Positions 1 to 10,060 of a DNA stretch of 64,000 nucleotides are shown here, one piece after another. Positions within the stretch are counted from its first letter, which is position 1. Every line of letters begins with the position of its first letter. Made by a program: the position numbers and the translations under genes. This DNA comes from a virus. The notes below the pieces were generated by a model. It was not told the origin of the DNA and did not search any database. It saw only the letters and a list, made by a program, of their open reading frames with translations. Location: the IMG/VR virus record IMGVR_UViG_3300042890_005556; one strand, written 5' to 3'.

Positions 1-597
1 AAATCAGATCAGACATTAAGCTATAATAAAATAAAAGAGTCACACGCCATCGTGTTAAACATGAGCCCAGATGGAACAGGTATAGGTATTTCCTGGGGCG
101 CTGGAACTGTGACCGTAAGTTATGTAAAATATGGCTTAGAAGTATATTCTTTCTGCTGGGTAGGCGCTGGAGATTGGATCGATACACAGGTAGCTATGAG
201 GCATGGATACGATCCAGATAATAGCAAGTTTAAAAGAAAATCAAAAGAAACGCCCACAACGGTAGCAAAGAGGAAACAGGAAATCGATCTGACTCCTAAT
301 TGTGTACAGAAGGATCGACTATCTCTGGATATAGAATTGCACTATGATGTCTTGATAAATCAAGTGATTGAAGGTATCATACAAGGATTCAATGAGAATG
401 AATCAGAGGCCAGAATTGAAGATGGTATAACAATCTATATGGCAGGTGGGACCAGCTGCCCTAAGGGGTTCAGTGAAAGAGTCAGAGATGCTTTTGCTCG
501 AAAATCACCGCCGTTTGATATTAAAGCTGTGAAACGACACGACAATCCGTTGTTTTGCGTAGCCGAGGGGTGCCTCAAAGCAAGCGAGATGTTCTGA
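1..597 (+). CDS. Actin/MreB-fold ATPase, volactin-like (5'-truncated by window edge)
   Basis: Frame is open from base 1. ESHAIV (connect-1), GIGISWGAGT (phosphate-2), GDWID, AGGTS (adenosine) and NPLFCVAEG (connect-2) are actin-fold motifs. Confidence 0.8.
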   Translation, partial: KSDQTLSYNKIKESHAIVLNMSPDGTGIGISWGAGTVTVSYVKYGLEVYSFCWVGAGDWIDTQVAMRHGYDPDNSKFKRKSKETPTTVAKRKQEIDLTPNCVQKDRLSLDIELHYDVLINQVIEGIIQGFNENESEARIEDGITIYMAGGTSCPKGFSERVRDAFARKSPPFDIKAVKRHDNPLFCVAEGCLKASEMF

Positions 598-1262
598 TGG
601 CAATTTACGAAATCATCTTTTCGGACGATAAGGTTGCAGCAGTTCGAATAGCAGGGGATTTGTACCTAATAAGGTTAGATCCCCTGCTTCCAGAAGTTTT
701 TGATAAAGATCTCAAAAAATTAATAGTCCCCGACATAGAGACATGGCTTAGCTACCACACGATGCTGCAGGTAAGTTATAAAAGTTTGATATCACAATGT
801 CTAGCTTTTCATAAAGGATTTACATCCAGCAGATATAACAGAAACAGGTCTGATAGCATACGGGACATAGTCAAGTCGACAATCATCAACATTTTTAGGA
901 CAGAGTTAGCCTCAAAATATGTAATAGACTATTGGATTGAATGCACGCCGAAAGCCAGGATATCCTCTAAGATCATTTCTCCCATAATGAAAAAAACCGA
1001 GTATCTTATAGACAAACTAGGCATACGGACATTCGAAGACTATGCAAATAGAATTAGGAAGATAGCAGAAGAGAATGCAGATCTAAACATTGTAGACAAA
1101 ATGTTTAAAAAGCTTAATTTGCAGACTAGAGAGCCATCTTATCCCAATACTGACAAATTAGATAGCATAGTTATCAGTAACGTTCTCGAACAGTACCAAT
1201 TAGATGATATGCCATTAGAAGCTATGCGATTAGTAATAGAATGTCAGAAGAAATTGTTGTAG
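597..1262 (+). CDS. Hypothetical protein
   Basis: ATG at 597 overlaps the upstream TGA; long ORF with no recognised motif. Confidence 0.7.
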   Translation: MAIYEIIFSDDKVAAVRIAGDLYLIRLDPLLPEVFDKDLKKLIVPDIETWLSYHTMLQVSYKSLISQCLAFHKGFTSSRYNRNRSDSIRDIVKSTIINIFRTELASKYVIDYWIECTPKARISSKIISPIMKKTEYLIDKLGIRTFEDYANRIRKIAEENADLNIVDKMFKKLNLQTREPSYPNTDKLDSIVISNVLEQYQLDDMPLEAMRLVIECQKKLL

Positions 1263-1286
1263 TATTGTAATAAGTCGGAGGAACCC

Positions 1287-1610
1287 ATGGAAAAAGAACG
1301 TATAGCTACTGAACTGCTCAAGATCTATAAGCAAATAGAAGACCTCAAGAAGCCACTTGAGGATTACAAAGACACTCTTCGCTCTTTGGCAAAAGGCGAT
1401 AACCTCGATATAATCATCGAACAGCTAGGCAAGGTAACGATCACCAAGCCCAGAGAGTCTACAGAGAAGACAGTTGTAGAACTGAACGTCTCAAAGATCG
1501 ACGCTAACAAAGAGCTCAAAAAGCTGCTGTTAGAAAAGGGCATGATTACAGAATCAACCGTCAAATCGCCAGCTGCGAAAGCATCAGTAAACATCAAGCC
1601 AAACGTCTAA
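1287..1610 (+). CDS. Hypothetical basic protein
   Basis: GGAGG RBS upstream; Lys/Glu-rich, 107 aa. Confidence 0.75.
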   Translation: MEKERIATELLKIYKQIEDLKKPLEDYKDTLRSLAKGDNLDIIIEQLGKVTITKPRESTEKTVVELNVSKIDANKELKKLLLEKGMITESTVKSPAAKASVNIKPNV

Positions 1611-1622
1611 GGAGTCAATATA

Positions 1623-2189
1623 TTGGGCACGACATACTGGAGAGCAGACCAAAAAGTCATGGGGTTCATAGAATCAGTCATGATGAAATACCACCACGAG
1701 CTCTGCCAACATAAAGTGAGTCTTGGCGTTCTATTCGCTATGTCCTCAGATGAGGAAAATCATGCATTAAAGCACCATGGCTACCCGGTAGCAGCATGTA
1801 TAAAAGTCGTGACTCTCAAAGACAGAATCACAAAAGGCTATGATGCCGAGCTGATGATCGATGCTGAATTTTGGAAAAGCAATAATGAGGAAAAGCGTGT
1901 AGCTTTGATCGATCATGAGCTCAGCCACATCGCCTTGAAACGCAAGAAGCCTGAGAAGCCCAAAAAAGGTCAACCACCCAGAGAGGAGCCTATTGACCCA
2001 CTTGGGGAAGTCATGTATGATGATATTGGTCGCCCCGCCTTAAAAACAGTCAAGGGCGACTATAATGTGGGTGATGGTTTCATGCGTGTGATCCAACGGC
2101 ACCAGACAGCATCTATTGAAACAGACAATATTAATGCGGCGATGGCATTAGTTGAGGAAGCCTTGAATTCTCAGCCTGTTGAGGCATGA
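1623..2189 (+). CDS. Putative phage metallopeptidase (HExxH)
   Basis: ALIDHELSH zincin motif preceded by ID..FW, typical of the phage metallopeptidase family; AAGGAG RBS with TTG start. Confidence 0.75.
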   Translation: MGTTYWRADQKVMGFIESVMMKYHHELCQHKVSLGVLFAMSSDEENHALKHHGYPVAACIKVVTLKDRITKGYDAELMIDAEFWKSNNEEKRVALIDHELSHIALKRKKPEKPKKGQPPREEPIDPLGEVMYDDIGRPALKTVKGDYNVGDGFMRVIQRHQTASIETDNINAAMALVEEALNSQPVEA

Positions 2190-2933
2190 GGATAGATCTT
2201 CGCTGTCTTCGATCCAAGTGACAGTCGAATCCCATCCTCGCTCCTTGAATCGCTGAATATACTTAAAATAGCCGTCAGACCAGAGAACGTAAGAATTCTC
2301 TGGTCTATACTTTGATAACGAAGCACAAAAGATCCCAGATCCGACACAAAAGAAATGCTTGACGTTTATTAGAGCTGCAATTGTTTCTCGTCGAGTGTTA
2401 AACCTGTGCAACCCTTCAACTGGTGGCTCCGACTTACTGCACCATAATATCCTTTTATTTTTAAATGCTCTAAGTACCATCATTATGTCTTGATCTTTTG
2501 ACCAGCTCTGCCCACTGTTGTACTCGCTCTCTATGGCAAGGTCGAATTTTTCATTTTCAGTGACTTTTAGCTCTGTTTTTGTCGGGATGAATACAGGTCT
2601 TCTATCGGTGATGTGTACTCTCATTATGCTCGATAATTTGTCTGGCACATCTAATAGGGAGAACATACCACTGTTATTTCTAAAATATGACCCTTGAGTG
2701 GCGTTGAAATACAAATCATATTTTAAGGCTTTGAACATCTTGACACCATCGTTTATACGGTTTATCTGAATAATATTATTGATGAATGGCAAGTTCAGAA
2801 ATGCGTCTGCGAATTTTTTGTGTACGGCTACATCGATGGCTGTGCCGTGTTTTTCGGATAGATCTCTAATGAATGGTGTGAGTAGGCAACAGTCTCCGAA
2901 TGATCCGTAGCTTTCTACTCCGATTTTCATCAT
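2148..2933 (-). CDS. GT9 (heptosyltransferase-like) glycosyltransferase
   Basis: N-terminal GSFGDCCLLTPFIRDL..K and later F.CVGSG motif. Confidence 0.6.
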   Translation of the reverse strand: MMKIGVESYGSFGDCCLLTPFIRDLSEKHGTAIDVAVHKKFADAFLNLPFINNIIQINRINDGVKMFKALKYDLYFNATQGSYFRNNSGMFSLLDVPDKLSSIMRVHITDRRPVFIPTKTELKVTENEKFDLAIESEYNSGQSWSKDQDIMMVLRAFKNKRILWCSKSEPPVEGLHRFNTRRETIAALINVKHFFCVGSGIFCASLSKYRPENSYVLWSDGYFKYIQRFKERGWDSTVTWIEDSEDLSSCLNRLRIQGFLN

Positions 2934-3024
2934 CGCACCATTGTGTCTAGGTTAATAATATCTTGTCGTTTATTTATATTTCTTGTAAAAAAATATTGTG
3001 CCTTTTCCTTTAACGGAGGTGTAA

Positions 3025-3906
3025 ATGGGTTTTCATTCGAACGATGATTTTGAACATCATAATATACTGGGCAATAAAGTAAGAAGAAATAAGACAACCA
3101 TTATAATTAATGAGGAAATTACCTCTAATAATTGGGAAAGGTGGTATCTGCTGCGATCAGATGCCCACCATGATAATGGTCATTGTCGACGCGATCTTGA
3201 AAAAGAGCACTTAGATGAAGCTAAAGCCAAGGATGCGATAATCTGTGACTTTGGTGACCTATTTTGCGTCATGCAGGGGAAATATGACCCTCGCAAAGAT
3301 GCAAGAGCATTAACTGAAGAGCAGCATGGCAGAGAGGACTATCTGAATTGCGTCTTAGAAGAGTCATACAAATTTTATAAGCCATACAAAGATAACTTCT
3401 TGATGCTTAGCCCCGGCAATCATGAAACCAACATATTGAAGAGATGCGGGGTCGATCTCACCAAGCTGTTATCAAAAGAACTTGATGCGTTTAACCAGAC
3501 GTATACTGGTTGGATAAAATTCATGTTTAAAAGACGTGGCTTTGTCGTGAGTAAGAATCTCTGGTATCACCACGGATATGGTGGCGGCGGGATGATGAGC
3601 TTTGGTACTCTATCAACAAGACGTCAGGCAAGTTACCTTCCAGATGCCGACATTATGGTTTCTGGCCACACGCATGATAGCTATTTTCTTGAAATGGCTA
3701 AAGAAAGACTTGACAAGAATGGCAAGATAGCCAGAAGCATCTTGACATCAATAAGAAGTCCTGGTTACAAAGATGAATCATCCTGTAAAGAGGGATGGGC
3801 AGCTGAAAGAGGCCATCCGCCGAAGCCATTGGGTGCTTGGTGGTTAAGATTTAAATATTCTGAATCTAAAGGGCTCAAATACACAGCTATCAAAGCCGGT
3901 GAATAA
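3025..3906 (+). CDS. Calcineurin-like metallophosphoesterase
   Basis: DAH, GDL, GNHE, HHG and GHTH motifs; GGAGG RBS; lies directly upstream of the Rad50-like gene. Confidence 0.85.
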   Translation: MGFHSNDDFEHHNILGNKVRRNKTTIIINEEITSNNWERWYLLRSDAHHDNGHCRRDLEKEHLDEAKAKDAIICDFGDLFCVMQGKYDPRKDARALTEEQHGREDYLNCVLEESYKFYKPYKDNFLMLSPGNHETNILKRCGVDLTKLLSKELDAFNQTYTGWIKFMFKRRGFVVSKNLWYHHGYGGGGMMSFGTLSTRRQASYLPDADIMVSGHTHDSYFLEMAKERLDKNGKIARSILTSIRSPGYKDESSCKEGWAAERGHPPKPLGAWWLRFKYSESKGLKYTAIKAGE

Positions 3907-3907
3907 T

Positions 3908-3942
3908 TGGGTTCTGCAGTATTATTAACTGCAGGAGACCCA
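3908..3942 (+). promoter_or_regulatory. Stem-loop occluding the Shine-Dalgarno of the gp46-like gene
   Basis: TGGGTTCTGCAGT-attatta-ACTGCAGGAGACCCA; AGGAG lies in the 3' arm and the ATG is at 3944. Confidence 0.55.
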
Positions 3943-3943
3943 C

Positions 3944-5728
3944 ATGCTAGAAATACAAAATGTAAGCTGGCGTAACTTTATGAGTTACGGCGAAGAAACA
4001 TCGAGCCTAGACCTGTCAGAGCTAGGGCAGGTTTTAATAACAGGCGAAATCGAAGACGAAACACAAGACGGTTTAAAGAAAAGCAACGGATCGGGAAAAT
4101 CAACCATCCCAAACGTCATCCTATGGGCATTATTCGGGCGCACAATGCACTCGGCTAATCCAGGGGATGCCGTGATAAACCATTTCATTGGCAAAGACTG
4201 CTGGGTTAAAATAACGTTAAAGAACGGCGATAGTATAACCAGAACACGAGGATTAAAAGGCCACAACGAGCTACTCTATACAAAGAATGGCGAAGAAAAC
4301 ACGCTCAGCACAAATAAAAACTTACAGCAATTATTAAATAAAGACTTACAGTTAGACTGGGAGTTATTCACAAGCTCAGCGTTCTTCACACAATATAGCA
4401 AATCATGGCTAGAAATGGCAGACAATAACAGGAAGAAAGCACTAGAGCGAATCCTGAGGGTCGATAGGTTTACATTCTACGCTACAGCTGCAAAATCAAG
4501 CGCAGAAAAAGTCGACGCTAAGCTGTCAAAAATTAATATCAAAATCGAAAGCGCTAAAGCCAGAATCGCCAAGGCCACCACACAAATCGAAAGAAACACA
4601 CAATTAAGAGATAATTTCGAAGGCAGCAAAACCGACAGAATACGATCAATACAAGCATCAGTAGACGTAAACCAGCAGAAAGCTGATGTTATAAAGATAC
4701 CAGACTTGGATAAAATAACACAGATTTGGGAGGTCTACACCAGAATTAATGATAAGATAGAAGCGATGAAGAATGACCAGAACGACATTCTTCGCAAGAC
4801 AAAGTTAGTTGAATCGACGATAAATGATTTAAAGTCCAAGGCAGCTTCGTGGAAAAACAAGAAAGGCAAGCAGTGCCTGTCTTGCATGCAAGACATAGAT
4901 GAAAGCCACATTCAGCAGCACATTGAGCCATTGATTACCCAACAAGCGACAGAAGAAGCCACCTTGAATGGCCTATTAGCGGAAAAAAGCAAATTAACGC
5001 AAAATATATCAGCCACGGAATCTAAACTCGCTGAACGAAAGCCAAAGGTAACACTAAGAGAAGCAAAATCGATAATTGATGAAAAAAATCAATTGCTAAA
5101 GTTAATAAACAGAGATCTAGAGCACATTACAAAGATAGAAAATGAGCAGAACCCGTACACGTCTAGCTTAGATGACTTAGAAAATTCGATAATAGAAGAC
5201 CAAACCATAATAATTGATTCAACACAAGAGAAAGAGCAACAAGAGTTACTGTATAGGCATTACACATATCTCAGTAAAGCATACTCAGAAAGAAATAAAA
5301 TTAAAAGCTATGTTTTTAAAGAGCATATCCCTTTCATTAACCAGAGACTGAACCACTATTTGGACATGCTGAATCTGGATATTAAGGTCAATTTAACTGA
5401 AAATCTGGGTTTAGACAGCAACATGTGGGGTTATGATTTTCAGTCTGGTGGAGAGAGGAAACGCACGGACGTAGCATTTATGCTCGCTGCCTTTGACTTT
5501 CATGAGGCGATGTACGGTAGGCAGTGCAATGTTTTGGTCTTAGATGAGGTAGATGGTCGTATGGATGATGATGGTATAGACGGGCTTATCGATATAATTA
5601 AGCAAGAATTATCAAGGAAGGCTGAAACGATCTTAATCATATCACATAGAAACCAAATGCATGATGTGTTTGATAAGGAAATTAAAGTGACTAAGTCTAA
5701 TAATTATTCCAAAATAAGGCAGATGTAA
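3944..5728 (+). CDS. Rad50/SbcC/T4 gp46-like recombination ATPase
   Basis: Walker A NGSGKST, Q-loop, coiled coil with CLSC zinc hook, SGGE signature, LVLDE Walker B, ISH H-loop. Confidence 0.95.
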   Translation: MLEIQNVSWRNFMSYGEETSSLDLSELGQVLITGEIEDETQDGLKKSNGSGKSTIPNVILWALFGRTMHSANPGDAVINHFIGKDCWVKITLKNGDSITRTRGLKGHNELLYTKNGEENTLSTNKNLQQLLNKDLQLDWELFTSSAFFTQYSKSWLEMADNNRKKALERILRVDRFTFYATAAKSSAEKVDAKLSKINIKIESAKARIAKATTQIERNTQLRDNFEGSKTDRIRSIQASVDVNQQKADVIKIPDLDKITQIWEVYTRINDKIEAMKNDQNDILRKTKLVESTINDLKSKAASWKNKKGKQCLSCMQDIDESHIQQHIEPLITQQATEEATLNGLLAEKSKLTQNISATESKLAERKPKVTLREAKSIIDEKNQLLKLINRDLEHITKIENEQNPYTSSLDDLENSIIEDQTIIIDSTQEKEQQELLYRHYTYLSKAYSERNKIKSYVFKEHIPFINQRLNHYLDMLNLDIKVNLTENLGLDSNMWGYDFQSGGERKRTDVAFMLAAFDFHEAMYGRQCNVLVLDEVDGRMDDDGIDGLIDIIKQELSRKAETILIISHRNQMHDVFDKEIKVTKSNNYSKIRQM

Positions 5729-5753
5729 AAATAAAGTAACTAGTGAGAAAAAT

Positions 5754-6296
5754 ATGGAATCTACAGACTTAGAAAAAATCAGACACGTTTCCAACACAGA
5801 TGTTGTTCGTAAACTCCTGATTAGATATTTTATTGACAAAGGGTTTGAGAACAGTTTTGATAGGCAAGTATATCCGTCTAATCTACAAGATATGACTGCA
5901 GTTATTCCGATATTATCAAGTAAAATAGAGATAGTCCCTCATTGCGTTGATATTGATACAGCATTGGGAAGAGCAGTCCTAGGTTGGAACCTATTCGTGT
6001 TAGGCGATCACAGAATGTATATCGGTGAGACATATCATAACAATTTACATGATTTGGCAAGACAAATCAAGAACGGTATGCTATCTAACACAGATCAGTT
6101 TGAAGGTCAAGCCACTCGGACGACGACTCCAAGAAAAATAATCACTTTTGTTTGTAGGGTCTTCGGTGACCATAAGTCTGGCTACATCGACCTTAGTCCA
6201 GCTAACAATGTTAAGCAGCCCGGCGACGCTTTTGTCGCTAAGCAAACTATGAATGCTGTGCCAGGCCAGTTCTTTGGGCGTTCTGGGTACGGTTAA
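5754..6296 (+). CDS. Hypothetical protein
   Basis: 180-aa ORF in operon orientation; no motif recognised. Confidence 0.75.
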   Translation: MESTDLEKIRHVSNTDVVRKLLIRYFIDKGFENSFDRQVYPSNLQDMTAVIPILSSKIEIVPHCVDIDTALGRAVLGWNLFVLGDHRMYIGETYHNNLHDLARQIKNGMLSNTDQFEGQATRTTTPRKIITFVCRVFGDHKSGYIDLSPANNVKQPGDAFVAKQTMNAVPGQFFGRSGYG

Positions 6297-6384
6297 ATAT
6301 CAAGAACGGATATTTTATCCTATCTTGTATATACCGAATACAAGCCAGCTTCGCAAGTACACCTCGTCATAGAAGATCAAAAAG

Positions 6385-7272
6385 ATGATCCATCCCGACA
6401 CGGGCTATCATTATATCCACGTCATAAGTGACTGCATGTCCTTCGTTGATGTATACAAAAGCTACCAAAACCTCGCTCAAGAAACGCCATATATGACCAC
6501 CATAAGTTTAAGAGATTTTAGAGATAACCACGCTGGTTTACTTAATAACCCGAACAACGTAATCATAATATGGCATGACGATAGACTCATCACAAAAGAT
6601 AGAAAATGCAAAGCGATAATACGCTATTCAGAAATGGTAACAGAAAACGAAAACATAGGTCATCAAAAAGAACTACTAGATGACTATAAAGCCCATATAG
6701 ATAACTATGACTACACAATAGTTCATTCAAAATCTGCAGAGAAACACATTAAAAACCTTACAGATAAAGTAGTATACCTGCCAGTTGGGTATGATCCCCT
6801 AGTGTACGGTACACCAGAATTCGACATTCCAAAAAAATTCGACCTCATAACATTTGGCTCGAACCTTGGTAGGAGAATTCAGATAAACGAAAACCTTAAA
6901 AAGCATTTCGGCGACAGGTTTCTAGAAACATCCTGCTGGGATACAGGTAGAAAACAGCTATTGGAACAAAGCAGAATCAACTTAATCATACCATGGTGCA
7001 AAAACCCATCCTTTCCGGCATTCAGGATGCTTCAGACACTAGGAACATCAGCAGCCATGTTGACAGAAAAAACGAACTCGCATCCAGCAAAGCAGAATAA
7101 ACACATTATTCAAATAACAGACTTTGATAACGAAACGCTTACAAACCAAGAGATAGAAAGCGCCCTAACCAAAGACCTTGTAGCTATTTCAAAAAAGGCC
7201 CACGAAGATCTTAGAACTTCCACCAGAGAAGTAATGGACAAACTCGTTAAATTAACAAAAAAACACCTATGA
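6385..7272 (+). CDS. GT-B glycosyltransferase (CgeB-like)
   Basis: YLPVGYDP..Y, KKFDLITFGS...RR, SRINL.I and R..QTLG...MLTE pattern. Confidence 0.65.
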   Translation: MIHPDTGYHYIHVISDCMSFVDVYKSYQNLAQETPYMTTISLRDFRDNHAGLLNNPNNVIIIWHDDRLITKDRKCKAIIRYSEMVTENENIGHQKELLDDYKAHIDNYDYTIVHSKSAEKHIKNLTDKVVYLPVGYDPLVYGTPEFDIPKKFDLITFGSNLGRRIQINENLKKHFGDRFLETSCWDTGRKQLLEQSRINLIIPWCKNPSFPAFRMLQTLGTSAAMLTEKTNSHPAKQNKHIIQITDFDNETLTNQEIESALTKDLVAISKKAHEDLRTSTREVMDKLVKLTKKHL

Positions 7273-7337
7273 CCGGCTCTCCACCAAACGGTAACTATAA
7301 TTAGCGCCTATATTCTTTGCATACAAATGGGAATGAT

Positions 7338-9182
7338 ATGATAAACATAGAATCAGATCCAATTGACTTGGATACTATCCTCAAAGCTTTCAAAGAACTA
7401 GCCAGTAATATAAACATTAATGATGACAGACAAAAATTAGAAGATGATGTGGTAATATTATGTCAGACTTTCAGAGCTATAAAAGTAACTGGTTATGAAG
7501 ACGGTGTAAGAGAAGCTTATCAAGAAGTATGCGAAAAATTAGCAGACACGATATGTGATAGCCGATTCGATTTTGATAGACATTTCTGCTTTAAAATGCA
7601 AGAGTATGGTAATGTCTTCTCGAATCTCGTAGCATCATGCGACCTAAAAAACACAGACAAGTATATCGAAAGATTAAGAAATGACGATCAAAAACACAGC
7701 ATTTACAAAAGACTGTTTCTAACATCGTCTAGAAACAAGCAGGAGTACATTAAAGAGGTAGCTGACCACTACCACACAGATATACCGCTATACAACAATT
7801 GGGCGTCTAATTTATTCCAAATAATATCATGCGGCCTTCTGAATATGCACGTAAGAGATAATTTAATATTCTTAAGCAATTACATAATTGCAAACGAGTT
7901 CAAATGGGCTGCAGCAATCGGCGACGTGTATAACCATTCAGCATACACAGATAACCCATTAGAAAGACGATTAAAGGAACATATAAACGACCAATGCAAA
8001 GAACTTTTTCATCCAGACTTTGTACCCATAAACAATAAGACTAAAAGAATAGGCATTTTTACAGAAAATTTTTTTCAAGGTCACAGCACCCACAGGACAG
8101 TGGCGAAATACATTCATGCTTTGGCTGATAGATACGAATTAATATTGCTGCACGGTGAACGATACAGGGTATTACCGCTGAACGTTAAATCCGATGAGAG
8201 AATATTCAAGGAAATTCATCAAATAAGCATTTTTGGGACTTACGATCCATTTGAAATGTCCATAGTTGGGCCACAGAATCTAAAGCTGGACATATTGATA
8301 TACCCAGACTGTGCATGCGACGCATTATCACTAATAATGGCAAATATGCGGCTTGCACCAGCGCAGATGGCTATGACAGGAATGCCCACTAGCACATTTA
8401 ATAGCGAAATAGATTACTTTATATCAGGCAGAGACGTAGAATGCCTTGAAAAAATCGATGACAATTATAACGAAAGAGTCGTTTGCTTGCCGGGTTTAGG
8501 GGCGATCCATACGAGACACACACCTATAAAAGAATTCACAAAGCCAGAACCCAAAGACGACATTCTAATTGGCGGCTCATGGGTATGCCCCAAAACGCAC
8601 CACTTTATGGCTTCCGCATTAGGTGAAGCGCTTAACAGAGTGAATAAAAAATGCACATTGAGAGTGTTCGCAGGGCTAGCTTGGTTTACAGCCAACAGAG
8701 TATACGTTCCATATATCGATGAACTTGGAAAATATTTCAACGACAACATCACTCTTAGTATTATTGAAGGTGCAGAAGGGCACAAATATAACGACTTGAT
8801 GGCAGAAGTAGATTTAGCTGTTGACAGTTACCCTTGGGGAGGTTCTAACACGGTCAGCGACTGTATCCAATTAAATAAACCAGTTGTAGTTTGGCAAGGC
8901 GACAAATGGTATAATAGAATCGGTCCAGCTATGTTAAGACGCATAGGTCTAGAGAGTCTAATAGCTAAAAACAGAACAGAATATATTGATAAGACTATCA
9001 GATTAGTGGAAGATGATGCTTGGAGAATAGAGCTAAGCGAGCTGATTAGCGAGCATAACAAATCGGGACTTGTGGACTCCGAAATCTACAATAGTCAGAA
9101 AGGTGTAGAAGCATTTTCTACATTTATAGATAACGTGATAAATGGTAACATACAACCAGGAAAAGAGCCGCTTTTATTGTGA
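7338..9182 (+). CDS. GT41 protein glycosyltransferase (HMW1C/SPINDLY/OGT-like catalytic domain)
   Basis: HSTHRT, LDILIYPD, MRLAPAQ...G.PTST..IDYFISG, LPGLG and DSYPWGGSNT motifs. Confidence 0.85.
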   Translation: MINIESDPIDLDTILKAFKELASNININDDRQKLEDDVVILCQTFRAIKVTGYEDGVREAYQEVCEKLADTICDSRFDFDRHFCFKMQEYGNVFSNLVASCDLKNTDKYIERLRNDDQKHSIYKRLFLTSSRNKQEYIKEVADHYHTDIPLYNNWASNLFQIISCGLLNMHVRDNLIFLSNYIIANEFKWAAAIGDVYNHSAYTDNPLERRLKEHINDQCKELFHPDFVPINNKTKRIGIFTENFFQGHSTHRTVAKYIHALADRYELILLHGERYRVLPLNVKSDERIFKEIHQISIFGTYDPFEMSIVGPQNLKLDILIYPDCACDALSLIMANMRLAPAQMAMTGMPTSTFNSEIDYFISGRDVECLEKIDDNYNERVVCLPGLGAIHTRHTPIKEFTKPEPKDDILIGGSWVCPKTHHFMASALGEALNRVNKKCTLRVFAGLAWFTANRVYVPYIDELGKYFNDNITLSIIEGAEGHKYNDLMAEVDLAVDSYPWGGSNTVSDCIQLNKPVVVWQGDKWYNRIGPAMLRRIGLESLIAKNRTEYIDKTIRLVEDDAWRIELSELISEHNKSGLVDSEIYNSQKGVEAFSTFIDNVINGNIQPGKEPLLL

Positions 9183-10060
9183 AAATACTTTTCATCGCAG
9201 ATCCAATAGAAAGCATAAAGAAATATAGTTTCATAAATGACTATATGAGAGATCTGCTATACCATGGATTATTAGAAACTGAAGATGTGGAAATAGAATG
9301 CACAAAACCAATTATACCAGCTCACAAACAGTATAAAAGCCAAATAAGCCCAGAGTTATTATGGGGAAAAGGATTTACAGCATCATTTCTTATAGACGAC
9401 GCGCCAAAAATAGCAGAAGACGTTGAAAATAAAATCAAAGACAAACATTATGATCTCATACTCTATGCTGATTCGAGAACATGTCTAGACTACTATAGAA
9501 TATGTAATGATGTTTATGATAGTGACCGAATTTTTATGGTTGATGGTCGTGATGATAACGAAGTGGCTAGTACCGCTGACAAGCATTTATATTTCAAACG
9601 GGAGCTGGTTGACGATAGCCGATGTGAACCTATTTCATTTGCGATCCCCGAGTCTAAAATCTTTTCTGATGATGTAATGAAAGCGATGCATATTGCTACG
9701 ATTATACCAGGAGACATGTCAACATACATTTTCGATACTGAGAGCAGTTACTATAATGACTATCAAATGTCTATGTTTGGATTAACCCGTAAGAAAATGG
9801 GCTGGGATTGCATGAGACATTATGAGATAATAGCTAATAGGTGTGTGCCTGTTTTTGCGGATATAGCTGAGTGCCCTAAAAAGACATTAGTAAACTTTCC
9901 TAAAGAGCTGTGTCTTGAAGCTTTGGATTTATATCATAACTTTAAAAATAATGATGCATGTCACGAGAGATATTTTAATATAGAGCTCCAGTTCATAAAT
10001 CATTTGATTAAGCATCAAACCACAAAAGCTTTGGCATCTTACGTGTTATCGTTTTCGTAA
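9179..10060 (+). CDS. Putative glycosyltransferase (exostosin-like C-terminus)
   Basis: YFKREL and IIPGD.STY.F..E..YY.DY..S.F..T.KK.GWDC.RHYEI...C.P pattern, seen in viral GT-like proteins. Confidence 0.55.
   Translation: MKILFIADPIESIKKYSFINDYMRDLLYHGLLETEDVEIECTKPIIPAHKQYKSQISPELLWGKGFTASFLIDDAPKIAEDVENKIKDKHYDLILYADSRTCLDYYRICNDVYDSDRIFMVDGRDDNEVASTADKHLYFKRELVDDSRCEPISFAIPESKIFSDDVMKAMHIATIIPGDMSTYIFDTESSYYNDYQMSMFGLTRKKMGWDCMRHYEIIANRCVPVFADIAECPKKTLVNFPKELCLEALDLYHNFKNNDACHERYFNIELQFINHLIKHQTTKALASYVLSFS

Noticed and set aside
3025-3906. Definite gp47/Mre11 call
   Set aside because: Position fits, but GNHE, HHG.GGG and the N-terminal extension match a different phage phosphoesterase group; left as a generic call.
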